A stretch of DNA of 64,000 bases, taken from assembly GCA_020137815.1 (NCBI GenBank), contig CM035354.1, positions 1,922,001-1,986,000 of the forward strand, read 5' to 3'. Position numbers and translations under genes: made by a program. Each line of letters begins with the position of its first letter. Within the stretch, counting starts at the first letter, position 1. The stretch comes from Hormiphora californensis. Taxonomy: Eukaryota; Animalia; Ctenophora. The notes beneath the pieces are model-generated. The model did no database searches. It saw only the letters and a list, made by a program, of their open reading frames with translations, and had not been told where the DNA came from. Below are positions 50,301 through 63,900 of this stretch, one piece after another.

Positions 50301-53300
50301 ATTCTCCAGAATTCGAATATACCCATACATAAAGAAAGCCTCATGCGTATAATAAACACAACCTTATCCATTTATAGATCGCCGAGAATCCCTAATGACT
50401 TTGAGTGGGATAACCTCGGAACAGGACACAACTGTATCCCTTGACTCAATTGAAAACAGGTGAGAGCGGGACTCAATCGATATTAACTTATGCGTTACCA
50501 TGACGACTGTTACCATGACAACTTTTACCATGACAACCGTTACCATGACAACCGTTACCACAACAACCGTTACCATGACAACTTTTACCATGACAACCGT
50601 TACCATGACAACCGTTACCACAACAACCGTTACCATGACAACCGTTACCATGACAATCTCCCAGCGGATAACTATATCATTGTTCTCATCATACTGACTT
50701 TAGTTTACGGAGTGGGTGCAATGAGGAATGCTCATGTTCCACTGTTCTATTCAACCCCGTGTGTGGGGAGGACAACAGGACCTACTTTTCGCCGTGTTTC
50801 GGGGGCTGCAGAGACTCCCCTTTAGTCACTTCAACCAACTTACTGGTGAGATTCTCACTAAGAAATATATGTGCCGAATATTCCAAAGAATCAAAATTAT
50901 AGTTTTACAGTGGTGCTCTGTCAAGTTGGCCGCCCACATAAAGTGTCTGCCATTTTGGACCACTTCTTGGGGGGAGGGGAGGTTCTAAATCCAGCATATC
51001 ATGCGTTTTTTTCATTCTAAACATTAATTCATGTAATATACTATGTGTATCTATGCAGGTGTACCAAAACTGTAGCTGTGTAATGGCAACAGAAGAGTCC
51101 CATGGGTCAGGTATGGCAGTATCGGGCCTGTGCTCCGGTAACCCAGATTGCCATACCCGTCTACTCATCTACCTAGCCTGCTCGTTCCTCTACATGCTCT
51201 TCCGATTTGTCGCCTACCCACCCCATCAGATAGTCTACTTGAGGTAACGGGTGACAACTAAAAATCTGGACAATTTTCTGTGAGCTCTAGCGCCGGCCCC
51301 GCTTGAGATACAGCTTCAGGCCAGTGATAGAACGATTTTTCAGACAATTTTGAATCAGAATAAAACAACGGGAAAAACTAAAAAGTTCATTTTCATTGCG
51401 ATATCGCATCATTTCCTCTTGACCCACCAAAGCATGTAGTACTTGAAATTTACACACTTTTCTAGCACCTCTAGCGCCTGTTATTTTTGAGATACAGCTT
51501 CGGGGCAGCGATAGAATCACTATGTGGTCATGTCCGATAGGCTCGCGAGATTTAGTGATTTTGACAGAAAACGCGCAGTAGAAGCTCAATTTTGACCAAG
51601 ATTCAACCTCGTTGCGCGTTTTTACGTGTAAAACCAGCGCTGACAAGTGCTTTTTTAGCATAAATGTCGCATTTAATACATGACCGCATCGGACCGGTTG
51701 CGAAGGAAAGGTTGCATAGTAATCTCTAGCCCCCTAGCTTTCTTCTGGTACCAACATTGAGGTTGCGCTTTGAACAGAAGCCAGTTTTTGGGCTATAGGA
51801 AGAACTTTGATGCCGTGCTGTCCGAAACCTGCCTCACTTTCAGCCAAGTTATGGGTAGCAAAATGATCTTTAGACGATTACCTACAACTGCTACACAATT
51901 TCCAGGGTGTTTGACAGCACACGCAAGCGTGCACGCTCCCTGAAAGCGCCTAACAAAATCGCGCAAATCCCCTCAAAACGGAGGATTCCTATCGGACAAA
52001 TGCGCGTTTTGACCACATAGTGAGAATGATTTTCAGACGATTTTGAACGAAATTAACTTTGTTTCACACTCCGATAATCTCAATTCTAATCACAGAATCA
52101 TCTGTAACAAACCCTTCAAAGCGTAGTTTACAGGTAATTTGAGAAATCGCCATTTTGACGATCTCTCGAAACATTTATGACTTGGAAAACCAACTTCCTG
52201 ATAAGCTAAAATGTTGAAACTTGGCAGTTATGTTGGTTATGGCATGAACAACCATTATGTCAAATTTGAGAATTTTATCTCGTCGGGAAGGTCGTTTCTG
52301 ATCACACAGAAATCTCAAATCTCCGTACACATGCTTTGGTGGGTCAAGAGGAAATGATGCGATAACGCAATGAAAATAAACTTTTTAGTTTTTTCCGTTG
52401 TGTTATTCTGATTCAAAATTGTCTGAAAAATCGTTCTATCACTGGCCTGAAGCTGTATCTCAAGCGGGGCCGGCGCTGGAGCTCACAGAAAATTGTCCAG
52501 ATTTTTAGTTGTCACCCGTTAATACTTGGACACGTGGTAGTAGAGTAACCTATAAATCGTGCATACGATCGGTGATTCATACGATACTCTACTTATCTAG
52601 AATATATATATATTTCTTAACTTTATCTGAGACTAATGGCCGATATTTTATGAAAATTTCTCTAGGATCGTCGAGGAGGGAGACCGCTCTGCTGCCCAGG
52701 GATTAAGAACAATAACCACTAAACTATTCGGGCAGGTTAGTGACGTTCGATGAAACTTTTCTAGCGTTTAGTTAGAATTTGTCTAGCATTTTCTAGACTT
52801 CCCCACAAGTTAAAATATGTTTGTAATAGTGCCCAAGAGACCAAATCTTATCTATTCCCGTAACCTATACTAGCATCATGATCCTATTCCAGATTCCGGG
52901 TCCCATTCTACTGGGCTATGTTATAGATAGGTTCTGTTATGTCTGGAAGACGTCCTGTGAGGGAGAAACCAATTGTTGGCTGTACGAAATGGATGGGTAG
53001 GTGTACATCTTAACGGATCCCGAATTACCGGGATGCTTGGGTAAAAGGGTTTTGCAATTTGGACGGTCAATAGTGGTCCGACGATGGGCGCACGGAAATA
53101 GGGTTCGAGCAAGGCAAGGTCCAACTAGACTGTATATAATCGGATAAGAGTGATAACTCAAACAGTATGGTTTTCTAGACGAGACATGTTTATCATGATT
53201 TTGAAAAATTGAACTAAAAAATAATATGCGAGACACAGCTTGTATAAGCACCATGAACAAGCTTGTTCAGCTCATTCCAATATTCAGATGATTTTTTTTT

Positions 53301-56300
53301 CATTCTAAATACTTTTGAACTTTAAACTTCAAAGACGACCCCAGAAAACGTATCCTGCATTATAAACCACTAAGCTAGCAAACTCTTATCTTAATCAGAG
53401 ACTTAAGAAGATCATTAGAAACGACTACCTGCAGGTTGATCATGGGATCTTCTGAGAGACAATGAAATATTAGATGCTTTAACTATATTCATCACGCCAG
53501 ACAGTCTGACCAAGGAAACTTAAGTTCTTCGGACTTCAGTTATCTTGTTCAGATTTAAATGAGAACCATTTATTGCATTTATTGCATGCATAAGATCATA
53601 AGAAATTAAAACTGAGGCCTTGACCAGTTCCGATCAACGTCTTAGTGGTTAATGCACCCGAAGGAATGGGGGGGGGGGGGCGTCACCTTTTTTATTGCCC
53701 ATATTTGCCCATATGGGTAAACCTAAATTTTCAAAAATCTTAAAGAATTCAAATCAAGCTGCCAACGACGTCGCTTTTCTTTATTTTAGCACTAGAGTCC
53801 GCACACCCGGGTGAAGTGCCCAATATAAAGTTGCACAAACAACATGTATGCTTGGTTTGGAAATTGCATTAGAATTAACATTTTTAATACCAACTATAAT
53901 ATTACAGGTTGACCCAGATCCTGGGAATTATCTACTTTATGCTCATATTCATCGCCTCAATATTCTTCCTTCTTTGCTGGCACACATTTCCAGAGGACAC
54001 TGGAGGGAAAGGTAAGGTTGTGGCCAGGAACCGACCAAATCAGGAAATACTGGTCCCTGATTGGCTGATAACCAGTCACGTGACCTAAATAACGAGTTTT
54101 GATTGGTTGTTTACTTGTGTCGGTCGGTTTCTAGGTTGTGGTTTATCATGGGATCACCCATATAATCTGACGTTTGTAGATGGCCGTCCATTATTGTTCA
54201 GATTGTCTCACTCTCTTGTTAAAAACCCCAAAAATCCATTATAAAAAGGTACGTGGAGAGCCCATACAAATTTATACTGTAGCTCTCTTAGCTATACCAT
54301 ATATATGTGAAATACTCTCAGATGGCTGGATAAATGACCACTATCAAAGCAATAAATGCATTAACATATTTATGTTATAGTAGGTCACTATATGCCATGT
54401 TTAGTAAAACTATTTTAAAAGCCCTTTGAGCAGTCTGGTGACGCCGAGCCGATCTTTATAGTGCACAAGGTCACGCACCAGACTGCTTGGGGATCTGACC
54501 CAACTTTGTATTTCAGGTACAATGAGAGATCACCACCAGGGGATCTGACCCAACTTTGTATTTCAGATACAATGAGAGATCACTACCAGGGGATCTGACC
54601 CAACTTTGTATTTCAGATACAATGAGAGATCACCACCAGGGGATCTGACCCAACTTTGTATTTCAGATACAATGAGAGATCACCACCAGGGGATCTGGCC
54701 CAACTTTGTATTTCAGATACAATGAGAGATCACCACCAGGGGATCTGGCCCAACTTTGTATTTCAGATACAATGAGAGATCACCACCAGGGGATCTGACC
54801 CAACTTTGTATTTCAGATACAATGAGAGGTCACCGCCAGGGGATCTGACCCAACTTTGTATTTCAGATACAATGAGAGATCACCACCAGGGGATCTGGCC
54901 CAACTTTGTATTTCAGATACAATGAGAGATCACCACCAGGGGATCTGACCCAACTTTGTATTTCAGATACAATGAGAGGTCACCACCAGGGGATCTGACC
55001 CAACTTTGTATTTCAGATACAATGAGAGATCACCACCAGGGGATCTGACCCAACTTTGTATTTCAGATACAATGAGAGATCACCACCAGGGGATCTGACC
55101 CAACTTTGTATTTCAGATACAATGAGAGGTCACCACCAGGGGATCTGACCCAACTTTGTATTTCAGATACAATGAGAGATCACCACCAGGGGATCTGACC
55201 CAACTTTGTATTTCAGATACAATGAGAGGTCACCACCAGGGGATCTGACCCAACTTTGTATTTCAGATACAATGAGAGGTCACCACCAGGGGATCTGACC
55301 CAACTTTGTATTTCAGATACAATGAGAGATCACCACCAGGGGATCTGACCCAACTTTGTATTTCAGATACAATGAGAGGTCACCACCAGGGGATCTGACC
55401 CAACTTTGTATTTCAGATACAATGAGAGATCACCACCAGGGGATGTGACCCAACTTTGTATTTCAGATACAATGAGAGATCACCACCAGGGGATCTGACC
55501 CAACTTTGTATTTCAGATACAATGAGAGATCACCACCAGGGGATCTGACCCAACTTTGTATTTCAGATACAATGAGAGATCACCACCAGCTGGGATCTGA
55601 CCCAACTTTGTATTTCAGATACAATGAGAGATCACTACCAGGGGATCTGACCCAACTTTGTATTTCAGATACAATGAGAGATCACCACCAGGGGATCTGA
55701 CCCAACTTTGTATTTCAGATACAATGAGAGATCACCACCAGGGGATCTGGCCCAACTTTGTATTTCAGATACAATGAGAGATCACCACCAGGGGATCTGG
55801 CCCAACTTTGTATTTCAGATACAATGAGAGATCACCACCAGGGGATCTGACCCAACTTTGTATTTCAGATACAATGAGAGGTCACCGCCAGGGGATCTGA
55901 CCCAACTTTGTATTTCAGATACAATGAGAGATCACCACCAGGGGATCTGACCCAACTTTGTATTTCAGATACAATGAGAGATCACCACCAGGGGATCTGA
56001 CCCAACTTTGTATTTCAGATACAATGAGAGATCACCACCAGGGGATCTGACCCAACTTTGTATTTCAGATACAATGAGAGATCACCACCAGGGGATCTGA
56101 CACAACTTTGTATTTCAGATACAATGAGAGATCACCACCAGGGGATCTGACCCAACTTTGTATTTCAGATACAATGAGAGGTCACCACCAGGGGATCTGA
56201 CCCAACTTTGTATTTCAGATACAATGAGAGATCACCACCAGGGGATCTGACCCAACTTTGTATTTCAGATACAATGAGAGATCACCACCAGGGGATCTGA

Positions 56301-56887
56301 CCCAACTTTGTATTTCAGATACAATGAGAGATCACCACCAGGGGATCTGACCCAACTTTGTATTTCAGATACAATGAGAGATCACCACCAGGGGATCTGA
56401 CCCAACTTTGTATTTCAGATACAATGAGAGGTCACCACCAGGGGATCTGACCCAACTTTGTATTTCAGATACAATGAGAGATCACCACCAGGGGATCTGA
56501 CCCAACTTTGTATTTCAGGTACAATGAGAGATCACCACCAGGGGATCTGACCCAACTTTGTATTTCAGATACAATGAGAGATCACTACCAGGGGATCTGA
56601 CCCAACTTTGTATTTCAGATACAATGAGAGGTCACCACCAGGGGATCTGACCCAACTTTGTATTTCAGATACAATGAGAGATCACCACCAGGGGATCTGA
56701 CCCAACTTTGTATTTCAGATACAATGAGAGATCACCACCAGGGGATCTGACCCAACTTTGTATTTCAGATACAATGAGAGGGGGAATGAGATCAGGGAGC
56801 GCCCAAAGTACCAATAGTGAACACCACCGGTCCAGAGGGAACAGTATCGAGCCTCTCACTGCGGGACACCGCTCTTCTTTCGTGTAA
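44317..56887 (+). CDS. Organic anion transporting polypeptide (OATP/SLCO family), ~17 exons; Kazal-region exon pair duplicated; last exon 56769-56887
   Basis: YRPDFLQF..SIERNFSLSS, HKVRWL, GVTYIDE, PGWIGAWWVGFL signature, GFPRQMP, Kazal CNEECSCS..FNPVCGEDNRTYFSPCFGGC, IPGPILLGYVIDRFC.VW..C...NCWLY; one probable GC-AG donor at ~49241. Confidence 0.92.
45178..45402. mobile_element. MITE with TAA TSD inserted in a duplicated donor-site repeat
   Basis: taa|CAGTGGTCCTCCGACATA...TATGTCGGATGACCACTG|taa. Confidence 0.8.
45632..46834. mobile_element. Tc1/mariner-type non-autonomous element, ~370-bp TIRs, TA TSD
   Basis: ta|CAGGGTGTCCCACTGTCTTTGC...GCAAAGACAGTGGGACACCCTG|ta. Confidence 0.9.
49535..50945 (+). 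repeat. Tandem duplication containing two OATP exons (49570-49651 and 49803-49944; copies 50378-50459 and 50704-50845)
   Basis: Near-identical direct repeat including the intron with its 15-bp GTTACCATGACAAC array. Confidence 0.92.
51247..52519. mobile_element. TIR DNA transposon derivative (~190-bp TIRs, TA TSD) inserted in an OATP 5' splice site
   Basis: GAG|gta ACGGGTGACAACTAAAAATCTGG ... CCAGATTTTTAGTTGTCACCCGT ta. Confidence 0.88.
54488..56780 (+). repeat. 50-bp minisatellite, ~46 copies, made of the OATP terminal-exon acceptor
   Basis: Unit GGATCTGACCCAACTTTGTATTTCAGATACAATGAGAGATCACCACCAGG, highly homogeneous. Confidence 0.97.
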
Positions 56888-57406
56888 TAACCACAACAGA
56901 TAACAGCAGATATCAGCAGATAACAGCAGATAACAGATGACCTTTGGAGATCTGCCAGACATATCTGGGGCGATGTTTCGGCCACCACAACTTGATGCTA
57001 CTCGCACGTGATATTATATTACTCCGCGGAGGTAGAATAGTGTGATGGAATGGAAGCTTAGTTCACACGGATTGGTGATTCCTTTAGACCTTGTATATTA
57101 TGAAATCTTTATTTAACTTTTAAGGAGAGCGAATTTAAACTACATTTAATTTTAAATGTGCAAATTGTGTTCAACACCATTGAAGGATGTTATAGTGGAA
57201 TGGATGGTGTAGTGCAATAAGTGGTGATGAGCTGTAGTATCATTTCACTACTAGATCACTGTTATTTTATATTTAAAATGTTCAATTCTCAGAAGAAGTA
57301 TGGATACTTTTAACATGAATATACGTCTTATATTTTGAAGGAACATGGATCTTTTCAGGATCGAAAGTAGAGATATACTAAAAATACTTTCGATTTTACC
57401 ATTTAA

Positions 57407-60400
57407 CCCTTTGACGGCGACAGAGCATATATGCTACAATCTATTCTAGGCGGCCTGGAAGTCCTTATGTTTTATCTAGGTGGCCCATATTTTGTCACAA
57501 GCTAGTTTTAGGGATTATGAACCTAAAACCACGTCCAGATCAGCTCAGAAAATCAAGAAAAATTTTTTATAGCCCTTCTAAGGGGGCTAATTTCGGCCTT
57601 TTTTTAAAAACATTTCTCATTTTTTTGTTTTTTGGGGGCACAACTAATCCTTTGAAGAAATAAAAGTGCTCGACATAACCGACCGAATGCAAAAATCCGC
57701 ATCAAAAAATATTGAAAATTGAATGAGTTATTAACATTTAAGGTGCCGTATCATATATGATACTATCGCCCGTAAGGGAATTCTAGTAACAAATCTAAAT
57801 TGTACAAGTTAGTGGGTGCTATGGCATAAATTTATGCTTTCATGTGGTATGTAGCTACAAATTCTACAATCGTGAACGGTTTTTACCAGGAAAAGAACCC
57901 AAATTTGAGATTTGTATCATATATGATACTATCGTCCTATACTCGGATTTTTTGAAACTGTCACCCCCTGAAATAACAAAATTTGTCATATCTCCGGTTC
58001 ATGATAAGATAGAGACTTGAAATTTGGAGGTTCGGAAGAACTTAGCAAGATCTTCGTAACTTCCAAATTTCAAGTCTCTATCTCATCAGGAACCGGACTT
58101 ATGGTCATTTAAAGAAATTTGAAAACTCTAGGGGGGTGACAGTTTCAAAAAATCCGACGATAAGGGTAAATTCTCATAAAACATACATAATTCGTGCTAG
58201 AAAAGGAGCTAAGAGACAAATGGGGGCACTAAAATGTGTAGAATCATCGCATTAGTGGGGGTAGAGCACATATTTAGGTCGCTATCTGGATTCATAATTG
58301 AGATAATTGGATAATTAGCTAATTAGTTGCCCTGGAGCGCTAATAAATGAGACTAGGCGGAGTATACAAGACAAGTGAGGGCACTAAAATGTGTAAAATC
58401 ATCGCCTTAGCGGGGGTAGAGCACATAGCTGAGTTTCTATTCCCACTCCTAATTGAGATAATTGGATAATTAGCTAATTGACGGTTGCACACCGTCCACT
58501 TTTCACCAAATCACGTGGTTTCTAGGTAATCCTGAGCTCTTTTTCTCAATCTAAGGATCTTCTGACAACCCCTAACCCCATGTGTATCACCTTTGACTCG
58601 TTTTACACAATAGTAAAGCACTCGATATAACCCTAGACACTGCCTTCAGCTCTTTAGAACCCTCTTGCTCCATCCTAGACCTCTCATACATCCAAGATCC
58701 AACTACAATCCTATAGAATTTTTATATCCTATTGCTCCTACAACACGTTCAACCCCTAATGTACTACAGTTTCCCATATTTATTGTTTCAATGGTAATGT
58801 ATTAATTGCACTGAACTGCTGTAGACATCACCCACTCACTTCATACACACACAACACCCACACACATGACCAAGCCTGTACGACAGGTTATTGATCACCG
58901 GCTGTATTACAGCACGAGAGAGCCGTCACTAGTATCGTGCAGTGATCCGAAGATCATGATAACAATTAATATGACGTGATCAACTGCTATAGCCCAACTG
59001 TTCATTCTGAGAATTCTGATACAAAGATATTATTTGCCGTACTGCTATATGAGGTAACTCCAACCCCCCAGTTTCATCTCCTTGTTTAACATGGGAGTTA
59101 CCAAGGGAATCCACTGAGTTCGATTAATCTAGGCACATACCCACAGTACTATTCGAATTGGCATATCTTTATATCAGGAATCTCGGATAGCAACAATCCT
59201 TGTGTTTTATTGCTATCTGAACAGATTAGGCGTATAGACAGGGCTCTTATTATCAGCAGTGCTCACGTATCAATGGTAATGTACATTACCATTGATACGT
59301 GAGCACTGCTGATAATAAGAGCCCTGTCTATACGCCTAATCTGTTCAGATAGCAATAAAACACAAGGATTGTTGCTATCCGAGATTCCTGATATAAAGAT
59401 ATGCCAATTCGAATAGTACTGTGGGTATGTGCCTAGATTAATCGAACTCAGTGGATTCCCTTGGTAACTCCCATGTTAAACAAGGAGATGAAACTGGGGG
59501 GTTGGAGTTACCTCATATAGCAGTACGGCAAATAATATCTTTGTATCAGAATTCTCAGAATGAACAGTTGGGCTATAGCAGTTGATCACGTCATATTAAT
59601 TATTTATTGTTTGGACACACGGTTATAGGGGTTTAGGGATATTAGGGGATGTCAGAAGATCCTTAGATTGAGCAAAAGAGCTCAGGATTACCTAGAAACC
59701 ACGGGATTTGGTGAAAAGTGGACGGTGTGCAACCGTCAATTAGCTAATTATCCAATTATCTCATTTAGGAGTTGGAATAGAAACTCAGCTATGTGCTCTA
59801 CCTCCACTAAGGCGATGATTTTACACATTTTAGTGCCCCTACTTGTCTTGGATACTCCGCCTAGTCTCATTTATTAGCGCTCCAGGGCAACTAATTAGCT
59901 AATTATCCAATTATCTCAATTATGAATCCAGATAGCGACCTAAATATGTGCTCTACCCCCACTAATGCGATGATTCTACACATTTTAGTGCCTCCATTTG
60001 TCTCATAACTCCTTCCCAGAGCAAAGTTTCATGAATAATTAGCACACGCGGGACAGATAATTAGCTAATTATCCAATTATCTCAATTAGGGATCCAGATA
60101 GCGACCTAAATATGTGCTCTACCCCCACTAATGCGATGATTATACATATTTTAGTGCCCCCATTTGTCTCTTAGCTCCTTTTCTAGCCCGAATTATGTAT
60201 GTTTTAGGAGAATTTACCCTTAGGACGATAGTATCATATATGATACAAATCTCAAATTTGGGTTCTTTTCCTGGTAAAAACCGTTCACGATTGTAGAACT
60301 TGTAGCTACAAACCTCATGAAAGCATGAATTTATGCCATAACACCCACAAACTTGTACAATTTAGATTTGTTACTAGAATTCCCTTACGGACGATAGTAT

Positions 60401-60542
60401 CATATATGCTACAGTGGGCCCAGCAAAAACTACATATCGGAATTACAAATTTCCTTTTCGAGGCGTTTTGTGTTGATAATATCTACTTATAAACGAAAAA
60501 TTAGACAATTCTATCGAGCCAATCCTTCTCGCCGTCAAAGGG
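57407..60542. mobile_element. piggyBac-type non-autonomous composite element, TTAA TSD, with long internal inverted repeats
   Basis: ttaa|CCCTTTGACGGCGA...TCGCCGTCAAAGGG|ttaa; 57750-58580 mirrored by 59650-60410; no transposase ORF. Confidence 0.85.
58964..59601. repeat. Spacer-less palindrome, 2 x 319 bp
   Basis: Centre CAATGGTAATGT|ACATTACCATTG at 59282/59283; no mismatch seen by eye. Confidence 0.92.
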
Positions 60543-60907
60543 TTAAATTAAATGATTTAATCCTGTGCTGATTTATCTACATTATCAAAACAATATCTCC
60601 TATTCTGGGAGAGAAGGTGCACCGTACCATCATTATTGAATATTGATAATGAACAGCACTCGCCGCTAGTGAGGACTAGCCATGAGTGATTAGCCTAGTC
60701 AGAATATAATACGTATTATTTTCAACAATACGTATTAAATACACGCGCAAATATGTATTTAATACGTATTAAATACGTATTATAAGCCGAAAATACAGAA
60801 AAGCCGCGCATTTAGCAAGTGCTACCATCGCGAGCCGCACAACTTCCGACCCAATTTTAGGTCAAAAGCGCGTTACAGATACGACATACAGCCTCACCCT
60901 GCCACAT

Positions 60908-63900
60908 GTCCCAATACAGCTCTGCCACGAATTGCTACTGTCTTCCCCCGCCTTCTAAAACAGGTCCCTGTCCCAATACAGCTCTGCCACGAATTGCTAC
61001 TGTGTTCCTCCGTCTTCTAAAACAGGTCCCTGTCCCAATACAGCTCTGCCACGAATTGCTACTGTGTTCCCCCGCCTTCTAAAACAGGTCCCTGTCCCAG
61101 TACAGCTCTGCCACGAATTGGTACTGTGTTCCCCGCCTTCTAAAACAGGTCCCTGTCCCAATACAGCTCTGCCACGAATTGCTACTGTGTTCCCCCACCT
61201 TCTAAAACAGGTCCCTGTCCCAATACAGCTCTGCCACGAATTGCTACTGTGTTCCCCGCCTTCTAAAACAGGTCCCTGTCCCAATACAGCTCTGCCACGA
61301 ATTGCTACTGTGTTCCCCGCCTTCTAAAACAGGTCCCTGTCCCAGTACAGCTCTGCCACGAATTGCTACTGTGTTCCCCCGCCTTCTAAAACAGGTCCCT
61401 GTCCCAATACAGCTCTGCCACGAATTGCTACTGTCTTCCCCCGCCTTCTAAAACAGGTCCCTGTCCCAATACAGCTCTGCCACGAATTGCTACTGTGTTC
61501 CTCCGTCTTCTAAAACAGGTCCCTGTCCCAATACAGCTCTGCCACGAATTGCTACTGTGTTCCCCCGTCTTCTAAAACAGGTCCCTGTCCCAATACAGCT
61601 CTGCCACGAATTGCTACTGTGTTCCTCCGTCTTCTAAAACAGGTCCCTGTCCCACTACAGCTCTGCCACGAATTGCTACTGTCTTCCTCCGTCTTCTAAA
61701 ACAGGTCCCTGTCCCAATACAGCTCTGCCACGAATTGCTACTGTGTTCCTCCGTCCTTCTAAAACAGGTCCCTGTTCCACTACAGCTCTGCCACGAATTG
61801 CTACTGTGTTCCCCGCCTTCTAAAACAGGTCCCTGTCCCAATACAGCCCTGCCACGAATTGCTACTGTGTTCCCCCACCTTCTAAAACAGGTCCCTGTCC
61901 CAATACAGCTCTGCCACGAATTGCTACTGTGTTCCCCGCCTTCTAAAACAGGTCCCTGTCCCAATACAGCTCTGCCACGAATTGCTACTGTGTTCCCCGT
62001 CTTCTAAAACAGGTCCCTGTCCCAGTACAGCTCTGCCACGAAATGCTACTGTGTTCCCCGCCTTCTAAAACAGGTCCCTGTCCCAATACAGCTCTGCCAC
62101 GAATTGCTACTGTCTTCCCCCGCCTTCTAAAACAGGTCCCTGTCCCAATACAGCTCTGCCACGAATTGCTACTGTGTTCCTCCGTCTTCTAAAACAGGTC
62201 CCTGTCCCAATACAGCTCTGCCACGAATTGCTACTGTGTTCCTCCGTCTTCTAAAACAGGTCCCTGTTCCACTACAGCTCTGCCACGAAATGCTACTGTG
62301 TTCCCCGCCTTCTAAAACAGGTCCCTGTCCCAATACAGCTCTGCCACGAATTGCTACTGTCTTCCCCCGCCTTCTAAACAGGTCCCTGTCCCTAATACAG
62401 CTCTGCCACGAATTGCTACTGTGTTCCTCCGTCTTCTAAAACAGGTCCCTGTCCCAATACAGCTCTGCCACGAATTGCTACTGTGTTCCTCCGTCTTCTA
62501 AAACAGGTCCCTGTTCCACTACAGCTCTGCCACGAATTGCTACTGTCTTCCTCCGTCTTCTAAAACAGGTCTCTGTCCCAATACAGCTCTGCCACGAATT
62601 GCTACTGTGTTCCTCCGTCTTCTAAAACAGGTCCCTGTTCCACTACAGCTCTGCCACGAATTGCTACTGTGTTCCCCGCCTTCTAAAACAGGTCCCTGTC
62701 CCGATACAGCTCTGCCACGAATTGCTACTGTGTTCCCCCACCTTCTAAAACAGGTCCCCGTCCCAATACAGCTCTGCCACGAATTGCTACTGTCTTCCTC
62801 CGTCTTCTAAAACAGGTCCCTGTCCCAATTCAGCTCTGCCACGAATTGCTACTGTGTTCCTCCGTCTTCTAAAACAGGTCCCTGTTCCACTACAGCTCTG
62901 CCACGAATTGCTACTGTGTTCCTCCGTCTTCTAAAACAGGTCCCTATCCCAATTCAGCTCTGCCACGAATTGCTACTGGTTTCCTCCGTCTTCTAAAACA
63001 GGTCCCTATCCCGATTCAGCTCTGCCACGAATTGCTACTGTGTTCCTCCGTCTTTTAAAACAGGTCCCTGTCCCACTACAGCTCTGCCACGAATTGCTAC
63101 TGTCTTCCTCCGTCTTCTAAAACAGGAGGCGGGGAACACAGTAGCAATTCGTGGCAGAGCTGTAGTGCGACAGGGACCTGTTTTAGAAGACGGAGGAACA
63201 CAGTAGCAATTCGTGGCAGAGCTGTATTGGGACAGGGACCTGTTTTAGAAGGCGGGGAACACAGTAGCAATTCGTGGCAGAGCTGTAGTGTGACAGGGAC
63301 CTGTTTTAGAAGGCGGGGGAAGACAGTAGCAATTCGTGGCAGAGCTGTAGTGGGACAGGGACCTGTTTTAGAAGACGGAGGAAGACAGTAGCAATTCGTG
63401 GCAGAGCTGTATTGGGACAGGGACCTGTTTTAGAAGACGGAGGAAGACAGTAGCAATTCGTGGCAGAGCTGAATTGGGACAGGGACCTGTTTTAGAAGGA
63501 GGGGAACACAGTAGCAATTCGTGGCAGAGCTGTAGTGGGACAGGGACCTGTTTTAGAAGGCGGGGGAAGACAGTAGCAATTCGTGGCAGAGCTGTAGTGG
63601 GACAGGGACCTGTTTTAGAAGACGGAGGAAGACAGTAGCAATTCGTGGCAGAGCTGTATTGGGACAGGGACCTGTTTTAGAAGACGGAGGAACACAGTAG
63701 CAATTCGTGGCAGAGCTGTAGTGTGACAGGGACCTGTTTTAGAAGGCGGGGGAAGACAGTAGCAATTCGTGGCAGAGCTGTAGTGGGACAGGGACCTGTT
63801 TTAGAAGACGGAGGAAGACAGTAGCAATTCGTGGCAGAGCTGTATTGGGACAGGGACCTGTTTTAGAAGACGGAGGAAGACAGTAGCAATTCGTGGCAGA

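Noticed and set aside
49827-50444. 205-aa ORF in the OATP duplication
   Set aside because: Out of frame with the Kazal exon and runs through intronic repeat sequence.
54488-56780. CRISPR-like appearance of regular arrays (also 60908-63990)
   Set aside because: Units are contiguous with no unique spacers, there are no cas genes, and the context is eukaryotic.
60997-62810. Repetitive ORFs in the terminal satellite, plus those at 35100-35387 and 50364-50825
   Set aside because: By-products of tandem repeats; frames break between units.
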